Virus record (IMG/VR): IMGVR_UViG_3300049215_000481
Coordinates: 78,857 to 142,856 of that record
Origin: a virus
Reading direction: 5' to 3' (one strand)
DNA length: 64,000 nt
Below are positions 18,180-27,600 of the stretch, piece by piece. Position numbers and translations under genes: made by a program. The notes under the pieces were generated by a model. It saw nothing but the letters and a program-made list of their open reading frames with translations, made no database searches and had not been told where the DNA came from. Each line of letters starts with the position of its first letter. Positions within the stretch are counted from its first letter, which is position 1.

Positions 18180-20109
18180 GAAGTTGACGCCCGAGCAGCG
18201 CGAGCAGCACCTGCGTCGCGCCCTCTTCGTCCCGTGTGAGACGAAGGAGGCCCTCCACAAGTGGATTCGGCACTACCTCGGCCTGGATGTCCCGAACTGC
18301 ATCGTCGAGCCGACGAGTAACTCGTCGCCGATGGACATGATCTGGGAGATCTACGACAGCCTCCGTCGTGGTGGCTCCGAGGACATGAGCCGCGTTCTCT
18401 ACTACGCGTCTCGCGACTCCTTCAAGACGCTCGGCGCCGCGATCCTCGAAGTGCTGGCCGTCGTGCACCTGCGGCTCAGCGTCGCGCACATGGCCGCCAT
18501 CGAGGCGCAGTCCATCAAGTCGCAGATGTACGTCAAGGGCTTCTTCGGGAAGGCCTTCCTGCGCGAGTACATCGTTGGTGACAGCAAAGAGATCACGAAG
18601 TTCCAGCGGTACCTGAATAAGGTCACCGGGGAGAACCTCACGCTCGAACAGTACGAAGAACTGCCTGAGGGCGCGAAGGCGCAGTACACCGTCATCGAGA
18701 ACTACATCCGCATCGTCATCTGCACGATGGCCGGCGCCAACTCCGAGCACGTGCCGCTCCTGGTTGTGGACGAGGTCGACGTCGTTCGCGACCCCAAAGC
18801 CTACGAGCAGGCGAAGCTGATTCCCGCGCAGTGGGCGGGCACCCTCCCTGTCACCGTCCTCACGTCCACCCGCAAGTTCGCCTTCGGCATGGTCCAGAAG
18901 GAGATGGACGAGGAGTTCGGTCCCGACGGCGACCGGCGTCTCCACATCCGCCACTGGAACATTATCGACGTCACCGAATCGTGCGCCCCGACGCGCCACC
19001 TGCCCGAGCTGCCGAAGATCCCGATCTACGTTGACGAGGACCGGCTCCGTGCCATCTCCGAGGACCAGTACAAGCTGCTGCCCCCGGACGAGCTGCAGAA
19101 GTTCAGGAAGGAGGAGGGCTACCAGGGCTGCCTCAAGAACTGCCGCCTCTTCTCCGCGTGCCACGGCCGCCTCGCGACCGAGCAGAAGTCGAAGTCGCCG
19201 CTCCTCAAGTCGGTAGCCGACACCCTCAACAAGTTCCGAGGCCTCGGCAAGAACATCGAGATGGCCCAGGCGGAGCTGCTCTGCAAGAAGCCGTCGAAGA
19301 AGGGCCTCATCTACCCGAACCTCGACCGCTCCGTGCACCTGCTGACGCCGGCCCAGATGGCCGAGAAACTCACCGGCGACACGTTCCGGCCCGACTTCAC
19401 CAAGGCAGAGCTGATCGCGCTGATGCAGACGCGCGACGTGAAGTGGTACGCCGGCCAGGACTACGGCTGGACCCACAACTTCGCCGACGTCACCGGCGCG
19501 GTCGACGGAGCCCGCTGCTTCATCGTCAACGTCGTCTCGGCCCCGCAGCTCATGCCCGACCAGATTGTGCGCGCCGTCGACCATCTCAAGCGCTACGGCC
19601 GCGCCGTCTTCGGCGATCCCGAAGACCCGAAGATGGTGGCCATGCTGCGCGCCGCCGGCCACCGGATGCGCGCGTGGCACAAGGAGCCCGGCTCTGTCGT
19701 GGGCGGCATCAACGTCGTCCGCATGCGGCTGACGCCCACCATGGGCGAGCCCCTGCTCTTCTTCCTCGCGGGCGACCCGATGGTCGAGCTGCTCTTCAAG
19801 AGGATGAGCGAGTACCACTGGAAGCTCGACCCGACCGGCACACTCGTCGATGGCGAGCCGGACGAGGAGAACGACGACGAGTGCGATGCGCTCCGCTACC
19901 TGGTGATGAACGTCTTCGCCCCCAAGGGGAAGGTGAAGGCAGCCAAGGAGCCCGAGCACGCCCGGTCCCAGGAGACGCCTGCGGGCGTGTACACGCGCGA
20001 GAACCTCTTCTCGAAGATCTTGGAGGAGCGCGGGGTCGTCAGCGGTGGCGGAGAGAGCGCTGACCAGGCCATCGGACGCCGTGGCTCGGTCAAGTGGGAC
20101 ATGAGCTAG
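18172..20109 (+). CDS. terL: terminase large subunit
   Basis: Walker A variant ASRDSFKT, Walker B LLVVDEVD, nuclease GQDYG and DDECDALRY; upstream of portal. Confidence 0.88.
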   Translation: MGKKLTPEQREQHLRRALFVPCETKEALHKWIRHYLGLDVPNCIVEPTSNSSPMDMIWEIYDSLRRGGSEDMSRVLYYASRDSFKTLGAAILEVLAVVHLRLSVAHMAAIEAQSIKSQMYVKGFFGKAFLREYIVGDSKEITKFQRYLNKVTGENLTLEQYEELPEGAKAQYTVIENYIRIVICTMAGANSEHVPLLVVDEVDVVRDPKAYEQAKLIPAQWAGTLPVTVLTSTRKFAFGMVQKEMDEEFGPDGDRRLHIRHWNIIDVTESCAPTRHLPELPKIPIYVDEDRLRAISEDQYKLLPPDELQKFRKEEGYQGCLKNCRLFSACHGRLATEQKSKSPLLKSVADTLNKFRGLGKNIEMAQAELLCKKPSKKGLIYPNLDRSVHLLTPAQMAEKLTGDTFRPDFTKAELIALMQTRDVKWYAGQDYGWTHNFADVTGAVDGARCFIVNVVSAPQLMPDQIVRAVDHLKRYGRAVFGDPEDPKMVAMLRAAGHRMRAWHKEPGSVVGGINVVRMRLTPTMGEPLLFFLAGDPMVELLFKRMSEYHWKLDPTGTLVDGEPDEENDDECDALRYLVMNVFAPKGKVKAAKEPEHARSQETPAGVYTRENLFSKILEERGVVSGGGESADQAIGRRGSVKWDMS

Positions 20110-20128
20110 AGCCGCAATCTTTCGGCTC
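20109..20128 (+). promoter_or_regulatory. motif B (GCCGCAATCTT) putative late promoter, here inside a GAGCCG/CGGCTC inverted repeat
   Basis: full or partial copies upstream of structural and HNH genes: 24666, 29487, 34194, 35491, 40245, 42718, 44261, 47587, 49358, 50941, 51944, 53542, 57215, 60591, 60647, 62163, 62958, 63836 (plus); 3486, 29453 (minus). Confidence 0.75.
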
Positions 20129-20139
20129 AGGACCCCTGA

Positions 20140-21111
20140 ATGTCGGCTTTGACTCTCATCATCAAGGCGCTGTCGTTTGACGACGACGCGGTGAACAGCA
20201 ACCCCGCTCAGAAGGGGATCGATCGCGGCCGGACCCTGTCGGGGCTCACGGTCGAGAACGACGAAACCCTGAAGGTCATGGTCGACCCGGGCGCCAGCGT
20301 CACCGTCTTCGACGGATCGCGCACCCTCGGCCACGACAACACGACCGACCTGCAGCTCACGCTGAGCCCGCTCGACCCGAACCGCTACCGAGTCACCTGC
20401 ACGAGTGGCCCTTCGCCAGCATTCCGCACGAACCGCAACCTCGCCACGAGTGGGAAGAACGTCCAGTGGCAGGTCAACGCCAACCAGACGGCCACGCTCA
20501 CCATCACGGCCTACTCCCCGCCTTGGTCGGTCGGTGACACCCTGTTCGTACCCGGTGCCAGCACCGGCGACTCCCCGTCAGCGTTCAACGCGCTGAACGA
20601 GGGCTACTGGACGATCCTGGCCGCGAGCGGGAACCAGGCGACGCTCGCGCGCTTCCCCGGCGAGGTCTTCTCAGGCTTCACCGAGACGGTCACGTCACCG
20701 GACAACAACGCCCTGCAGGCCTTCTCGGCCGCGGGCGTCCAGGTCGGCGACACCATCGACATCAGCGCGGGCTTCTCCGTGACGGCGCAGCACTCCTACG
20801 ACGTCGTGGCTGTGAACCCCAACTGGGTCGAGTTCATCAGCACCGCGCCGCTCGGCGAGGAGGTCGCGCAGCCCGGCCAGGCAGGCTTCGTCATCTACGA
20901 CGCCGCCAAGCGCTTTCTCTACATCGAGACCGACCAGGAGGTCGTGGTCCAGGTGAACGGTGACACCGGCAACTACAACCGCGTGGAGCCGGTTCTGCCC
21001 GGCGACAAGAAGTTCGTCGGCCCCTATATGAAGTGGGGCCACGCCTGGAAGCTGGTGCTCGTGAGCCGCTCCACGGCGCGCGCCAACGTCACGGTCTGTG
21101 CGGCTGAATAA
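20140..21111 (+). CDS. putative virion structural protein (beta-rich)
   Basis: between terL and portal, motif B upstream, Thr/Val/Gly-rich. Confidence 0.55.
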   Translation: MSALTLIIKALSFDDDAVNSNPAQKGIDRGRTLSGLTVENDETLKVMVDPGASVTVFDGSRTLGHDNTTDLQLTLSPLDPNRYRVTCTSGPSPAFRTNRNLATSGKNVQWQVNANQTATLTITAYSPPWSVGDTLFVPGASTGDSPSAFNALNEGYWTILAASGNQATLARFPGEVFSGFTETVTSPDNNALQAFSAAGVQVGDTIDISAGFSVTAQHSYDVVAVNPNWVEFISTAPLGEEVAQPGQAGFVIYDAAKRFLYIETDQEVVVQVNGDTGNYNRVEPVLPGDKKFVGPYMKWGHAWKLVLVSRSTARANVTVCAAE

Positions 21112-23297
21112 TGGCCAAAGCGACGAAGGGTAGCGTCGGGGTCTCGTCCCTGGCGGCCAGCAACGGGTTCGCGGTGGCTTCCACCGCACCGCCCATCAAG
21201 AAGTCGTTCGTCATGATGGCGCCCGACATGCCGGAGCCGCGCCAAAAGGGCGGCGACGACGGGATGACGCTCTACAAGTCGATCGTCAACATCCTCAACG
21301 GTGGCCGCGAGGACTCCGTCGAGCGCCTGGCGTTCGAGACCGACCCGCAACTGGTCAACCAGTTCCAGTCCGTCTATCGCGCGAAGCTGCGCCTCGTCCC
21401 GGACGTCCTCCTGAAGAGGATCATGATCCAGGACGACCTCGTCGCGTCGATCGTCCGCGCGCGCGAGACGCAGATGTCCGCCTTCGGCCGCCCGCGGCCG
21501 GACAGGTTCTCCACGGGCTACGTCATCGAGCCCCGCGTCGGCATCGTCGACAAGATGACGCCCGAAGAGAAGCAGACCCTGGAGGTCCGCATCGAGGGCG
21601 CTGTCCGCAAGTTCGAGACGTGCGGCAGCAACGAGGGTCTCGACCGCGAGGACTTCATGTCGTTCTCGCAGTACCTGATGATGAGCGCCCGCAACGCGGT
21701 CGGTCTCGGTCGCATCGCGACGGAAATCATCTGGACCAAGACGGCCAGGGACTCGGAGGAGAAGAAGTTCCACTCCTTCCGCCCGACGGATGCCGGCACG
21801 ATCTACAAGGCGACCAAGCAGAAGCAGGCGGCAGAAGCAGTCCGCAAGCAGGCGCTCGCGATCCTCAAGCAGATCACGAACAAGAAGCTCATCGAGGAGA
21901 AGAAGTTCTTCGACGACGAGTACGCCTGGATTCAGGTCATCGACGGTCAGCCGCGCCAAGCGCTGAGGTCTGACGAGATGGCCGTCCACACCTTCTTCCC
22001 GGTGGCGGACGTCGAGCTGGACGGGTACCCGGTCACGCCGATCGACACGATGATGTCGGCGATCACGACCCACATCAACATCACCACGTCGAACCGGCTC
22101 TACTTCCAGAGCGGTCGCGCCACGCGCGGCATGCTGCTGTTCAAGTCGGACGACATCGACGAGCACGCGCTCGCCCGCATCAAGCAGCAGTTCAACGCGT
22201 CGATCAACAACGTCAACAACTCGTACCGAATGCCGGTCTTCGCAGTCGGCAGCGGCGACGAGATCACGTGGGAGCCCATCGACAACAGCTCCCGCGACAC
22301 CGAGTTCCAGTACCTGACGGACATGAACGCGCGCGTGATCTTGAGCGCGTTCCAGATGAGCCCAGACGAGCTGCCGGGCTGGTCCTACCTCAGCCGAGGC
22401 ACGAACAACCAGGCGCTGTCCGAGAGCAACAACGAGTACCGCCTGGAGGCCGCTCGCGACCTGGGCATCCGGCCGCTGCTCGCGAACTTCGAGGACTTCG
22501 TCAACTCGGTCCTCTTCCCGCTCATCGACCCGGACCTGGCGAAGATCTGCCGGCTCAAGTTCAAGGGTCTGGACGCGGACACCGAGGAGAAGGAGTCGGT
22601 CCGGCTGCAGCAGGACATGCCGGTCCACATGACCTACGACCAGGTTCTCCAGAAGGTGGAGAAGAAGCCGATCGGTCGCGCCATGGGTGGCGAGTTCCCG
22701 CTCAACCCGCAGTTCCAAGATGTCCTCGACAAGTACTTCACGGTCGGCCAGATCCTGGAGTTCTTCATGGGCGTCGAGGGCGCCTCGAAGGACCCCAAGC
22801 TCGCCTACTTCCGCGACCCGTTCTGGTTCCAGTACCAGCAGCTCCTCCTGCAGCAGCAGCAGCTCCAGATGCAGCAGCAGCAGGCGCAGATGCAGCAGGC
22901 GGCGGCTCAGCAGCAGGCCGCTGGTACCGGCGGTCCAGGCGCGGAGCAGGCCGAGGGCTCGGGTGTCGACGTCGAGGGTTCGCCCGGTGGTGGAGATGAC
23001 CAGCAGCCCGGCGGCAAGAAGGACAAGACGCCGTACGGCAGAGCTGACGACGATCAGCAGGCCCAGGCCCAGCAGAAGGCTGGCGCCGAGGCTTCTGCTG
23101 GCCAAGACCTAACTCGCTCGATCGACCAGGCCATCGCCATCCTGACGAAGAGCGAGAGTCACCTCCCGCTGTCGAAGCGCAAGCTGCTCGCGCAGAGCCG
23201 CAAGACGCTCGACCACTTCCGCATCGGCTTGGAGAACGACGCTCGCGAGGCGACGAAGGAGATCGTTGCCCTCGCCGAGAAGCACGTGAGGCCGTAG
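21111..23297 (+). CDS. portal protein
   Basis: GRATRGML, RMPV, DTEFQ, RVILSAFQMSPDELPG, GIRPLL portal-like motifs; position in the head module; Gln-rich C-terminal extension. Confidence 0.85.
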   Translation: MAKATKGSVGVSSLAASNGFAVASTAPPIKKSFVMMAPDMPEPRQKGGDDGMTLYKSIVNILNGGREDSVERLAFETDPQLVNQFQSVYRAKLRLVPDVLLKRIMIQDDLVASIVRARETQMSAFGRPRPDRFSTGYVIEPRVGIVDKMTPEEKQTLEVRIEGAVRKFETCGSNEGLDREDFMSFSQYLMMSARNAVGLGRIATEIIWTKTARDSEEKKFHSFRPTDAGTIYKATKQKQAAEAVRKQALAILKQITNKKLIEEKKFFDDEYAWIQVIDGQPRQALRSDEMAVHTFFPVADVELDGYPVTPIDTMMSAITTHINITTSNRLYFQSGRATRGMLLFKSDDIDEHALARIKQQFNASINNVNNSYRMPVFAVGSGDEITWEPIDNSSRDTEFQYLTDMNARVILSAFQMSPDELPGWSYLSRGTNNQALSESNNEYRLEAARDLGIRPLLANFEDFVNSVLFPLIDPDLAKICRLKFKGLDADTEEKESVRLQQDMPVHMTYDQVLQKVEKKPIGRAMGGEFPLNPQFQDVLDKYFTVGQILEFFMGVEGASKDPKLAYFRDPFWFQYQQLLLQQQQLQMQQQQAQMQQAAAQQQAAGTGGPGAEQAEGSGVDVEGSPGGGDDQQPGGKKDKTPYGRADDDQQAQAQQKAGAEASAGQDLTRSIDQAIAILTKSESHLPLSKRKLLAQSRKTLDHFRIGLENDAREATKEIVALAEKHVRP

Positions 23298-23298
23298 C

Positions 23299-24084
23299 TT
23301 GCCGGCTACGCTCTCACGGGGAGCGATCCGGGCGGTCAACGCGGCCGTCGATCGCGTCTTCGACAGGATCAAGGGCCGGGTCATCGGTCCCGACTTCATT
23401 CGCGCTCGCGGCGACAAGCAGATCTTCATCGGTCACAAGCCGGCGCTCTCCCTGCCCGGCATCTACCGCCAGGCGGCAGCAGAGGAAGGCTCACGCGCGG
23501 ACGAGACGATGGTGCACGGCCTCTCCAAGGTGGCCGAGAGCTACATCGACGCTCAGCGCGAGGCGACCAAAGCCCGCGTCCTGCGTTCGGTGAACGCGTG
23601 GCTCGCCGACAACAAAAAGGCCGACGTCCAGACGGTCCTGGGCGGCGAGCTGGCAGACGTCTGGGGCAAGGTGATGTCGGACGTCACCAAGATCATCGAC
23701 ACCGAGAGCACCGCGGCCCGCAACCTGGGCACTCTCGAAGGCATCACGAAGGTGTCGGCCGCCCACGACATCGCCGATCCGACCGTCTACTGGGTCACGG
23801 TGCGCGACACCGAGATGTGCGAGGAGTGCAAGCGCCTCCATCTCATCGACATCGACGGCCACACCATCCCGCGCGTCTGGAAGCTCAGCGAGGTGTCGTC
23901 GGGCTACCACAAGCGCGGCGACGAGCACCCGTGCACGTCCGGGCTGCACCCGCACTGCAGGTGCACGATCGGCAACCTGATGCCGGGCTACGGGTTCGAC
24001 GACACGGGCAATGTGAAGTTCATCAAGCTCGGCTGGGACGAGTACGCCCGCCAGCGCGGCTCAACGCCCGACGAAGACTCCTAG
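23299..24084 (+). CDS. head morphogenesis protein (Mu gpF / SPP1 gp7-like)
   Basis: follows portal; VRDTEMCEEC...GLHPHCRC motif. Confidence 0.75.
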   Translation: MPATLSRGAIRAVNAAVDRVFDRIKGRVIGPDFIRARGDKQIFIGHKPALSLPGIYRQAAAEEGSRADETMVHGLSKVAESYIDAQREATKARVLRSVNAWLADNKKADVQTVLGGELADVWGKVMSDVTKIIDTESTAARNLGTLEGITKVSAAHDIADPTVYWVTVRDTEMCEECKRLHLIDIDGHTIPRVWKLSEVSSGYHKRGDEHPCTSGLHPHCRCTIGNLMPGYGFDDTGNVKFIKLGWDEYARQRGSTPDEDS

Positions 24085-24324
24085 CTCGACCTGCTCCGGC
24101 GACGCCGCCAGCACGCCGAAGCCGAACGTCTTCTCGTCCGCCACGAGATCACGCAGCTTCCTCTTGACCGCCTCCAGGTGGGCCGTGTCGAGCTTGACGA
24201 CGATGGTCTCCGTCAGCTCCCACCCGCGGGGGAGCTTGTCACCGATGAAGGGCAGGATGTTCTTCCCGGCGAAGACCTTCTCGACCTCGGCTTCGTTGAA
24301 CAGGACGTACGGCTTCTTCGTCAC
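24061..24324 (-). CDS. hypothetical protein
   Basis: GTG start overlapping the upstream TGA; VTKKPYVLFNE... Confidence 0.55.
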   Translation of the reverse strand: MTKKPYVLFNEAEVEKVFAGKNILPFIGDKLPRGWELTETIVVKLDTAHLEAVKRKLRDLVADEKTFGFGVLAASPEQVELGVFVGR

Positions 24325-24632
24325 GCTGCAGCCTCCTCTTCGGTCTCTGACTCTGACCCCTTGGTCGCTTCGTACTTCTCTGCGCACTCCCCCTGGTGAA
24401 TCCGGACCAGCTTCCCGTGCCGGGTGTCGTGGAAGCCGTTCTCGAACCCCGGGACCCGCTTCCTGCACACGTAGCAGCGCGGCGCGTCGCCCTTCACATC
24501 TTCGCAGTCGCCGTGCGCGCACTCCTCGCGGCACGGGAAGGTGACCGGGCAGTTCCGGCAGTTCTGGCGGAACGGGTGTCGCGGGGACGCCTCCCACTCG
24601 TGGGGTCCTGTGCACGACGACCTACGGCTCAT
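24321..24632 (-). CDS. small Cys/His-rich protein
   Basis: several CxxC/CxxxC; ATTCGCTAT at 24642-24650 upstream. Confidence 0.6.
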   Translation of the reverse strand: MSRRSSCTGPHEWEASPRHPFRQNCRNCPVTFPCREECAHGDCEDVKGDAPRCYVCRKRVPGFENGFHDTRHGKLVRIHQGECAEKYEATKGSESETEEEAAA

Positions 24633-24682
24633 GTAGAGGACATAGCGAATCCGTCCCGATCGCCGCCCGCAATCTTGGGGAG

Positions 24683-27600
24683 GTGGCGAGCACCGGCATG
24701 ATCATCGACGGAGTCCTTGGCTCGGAAGCCATCGACTCCTCAGGCGAAATCCTCGACGTCGAGGGCGCCGACATCTCCGACGTCGACAAGGGCACCCTCC
24801 TCCTCAACTGGGAGCACGAGCCCGGCGAGAAGGGCGCCAACACCATCGTCGGCAAGGTCATCGCCGCCAAGAAGATCTTCGGGCCCGACGACTGCGAGAA
24901 CGACCGCCAGTACGCGTACTGGCAGAAGGTCAAGCTGCCGTTCATCTACGGCATCTGCCGCCTGTTCGACGGCGCCGGCCACGAGAACGCGAAGGCCATC
25001 GCGGCCATTATCCGCGACAACGCCGCCCACGGCGAGATGCTGGTGTGCCGGTTCAGCGTCGAGGGCTCGACGCTGGAGAAGGAGGGCAACCGCCTCAAGG
25101 CCTCGGTCATCAGGCGCGTCGCCGTCACGGTGAAGCCCTGCAACCGGACCGCGAATTCGGGCCTGATCGAGGACCCGAACGCGCCCGAGGGCTTCGAGAC
25201 GAACGTCGCGAAAGAGAAGACGTCCGACCTGCTCTCCCTGCAGGACGCCCACAAGAACGAGCTGGCCCACCCGCTCTACGAGCGCCTCGGCCGCTCCGAA
25301 GAGATCACGTGCAACCCGCTCGTCGACGGCGAGCTGGCGAAGGCCCTCACCCTCGGCGGCGGCGACGTCGCCCCGAGCGCGACCGCGGGCTTCGGCGCGC
25401 TCGTTCCGCAGAGCATCGGCAAGGGCACCGTCCTCGCCACGCTCCGGGACTACGGCTCGAAGAAGAAGTTCGACAAGACCGAGTTCCGCGCGTTCGCGAA
25501 GATGCGCCTGCCCGAGGCGAGCGACGAGTTCCTCGACCACTTCAGCGACATGGCCGAGGACTACCACGTCCGTCGCGCCCAGCTCGTGAAGAAGGAGGAG
25601 GCGGCCCCCGCTGCGAAGCAGCCGAAGGTGAAGGTCGCCAAGCCGGCCGCCCCAGCGGCGGCCAAGCCGGCCAAGGCCGCCAAGCCGAAGGAGCAGCCCG
25701 TCGACGAAGAGGATGCCGCGCCCATCAAGATCGCGAACGGCACCATCCGTGGCATCCCGACGCAGCCGCTCAAGATGCGCGGGTACAAGTTCGACGAGCA
25801 GAACGGCATTCTGCACACGCCCAAGGGTAGCTTCCCGCTCTACAACCCGGACAAGGGATTCGCGACGGTCGAGCACGCTGGTGCAAAGACTCCGTTCTAC
25901 AAGGACGGCAAGCTGCACGTCGCGCCGGGCACTGACATGTCTACGGTCCCGGCCAACACGCCGAACCCCGGCTTTCGCGAGATCTACAACTCGCAGCCCA
26001 TCGAGGACTTCCACAGCGGCAAGGTCATGCCGAACTGGATTCGTCTGCACGAGCTGACGAAGTCCGGCCAACTCCCCGACGAGGTCGTCATGCACTCGGC
26101 GATGTTCTCGATGATGTCGCCCAACACGCCCGTGCGCCCGCACGAGCTGATGTACTCGCACCTGGCGGACACGTTCGAGGACCTCGGCATCGACCCGCGC
26201 GACCCCGACTTCAAGCGCGCTCGCAAGCACTGGCTCGACAAGGACCAGGGCACGAACTACCCGCGTCTGGCCGGCGACTACTTCCGGAACCACGCGGACG
26301 CCCACCTGAGCAACGACTCCGAGGCCAAGGGGCGCAAGGCCGGCGAACTGATGTCGTTCATGCTCGGTCAGAACAAGTTCGACAACGTCCAGCAGTACCA
26401 CAAGCTCCACTCGACGCTCGTCGACATGGTGAAGCGCCACGGCGTCAACTCGCGTGCAGCCACTGCGGAGTTGATGGGACACAAGCACAAGCAGCAGCTC
26501 TTCAAGCAGAAGTACGGCGCTGCGAAGTCAGAGGCGAGGAAGGCCGGCTTCGCCGCTGGTCTGCGCGACCACAAGATAGACTACGTCACCGCGCAGGAGG
26601 CCGCGTACGGCAAGAAGATCGACGAGCGGCAGATCGCTGGCCTCCGCAAGCAGTGGCGGGCCGAGGCTGACAAGCTCGGCCTGAAGAACGACCTCTCGGA
26701 GCACGCGGAGAACGCTGCGAAGGCGAAGATGGGCGAGTACAAGGGCGTCACCGTGCCCGGTCTCGCGCCCAAGACGGGTCGCTTCACGTTTACGATGTTG
26801 GGCGGTGGCAACACCTTCGTCCCCGACACGCACATCATCCGGCACCTCTTCGGCATGGATGCCGACAAGGATGGCGACACGCTCGCCTACCTCAAGTCCG
26901 TGCTCTGGAACGCGAACAACCACCACGTCCTCGAAGGCATCGACCGGTGGTATGCGAAGAACCACCCAGCCGCGCAGACGATGCAGCAGCACCCCACGTG
27001 GGGTCGCCACTTCCAACAGGACCCCGAGCAAGCGAACTTCCCCGCGTTCTGGCGCCACTGGTGCTCGATCGCCGAGGACGAGCGTCGCCGCGGCATGGTC
27101 AACAAGTCGGCCAACGAGTTCTCCACGCACGAGCCGTTCTTCCTCAAGATGAACAGCATCCTCGACCGCCTGAAGAAGTCCGCGGTCACCGGCATCGACC
27201 ACGGGCTCCTCGCGCGCCTGCTCGTCCTGCACAGCCAGTACCACGAGCAGTTCGGCGAGATCCCGGCGCAGATGATGTACGTGCACCACATCGTGCCGCA
27301 CCTCCTGGAGATGGCGCAGTACCGCCAGCGGCACGACGACCTGCCCGACTTCGCGAAGCACCTCCGCGTGAACGCGCTGGAGATCGAGCTGCGCAAGGCT
27401 GCCTCGGACCTGCAGGCAGCGTCGCTCGCCGACCCGCAGATCCCGACCATCCACGGCGTGCACCTGAAGATCAACGGCCAGGAGCACCGCGCCGGCCGCT
27501 TCGCAATCGCCGACGGACACATCCACCACTTGGAGGACTACTACGGCCTCCTCAACGAGGTGCTGCCCGAGGGCAAGCTCACGCCCGCGAAGGTCGCGAC

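Noticed and set aside
18400-18430. Inactive terminase because Walker A reads RDSFKT
   Set aside because: R-x-x-F-K-(S/T) variants occur in other terminases, and Walker B and the nuclease acidic residues are intact.
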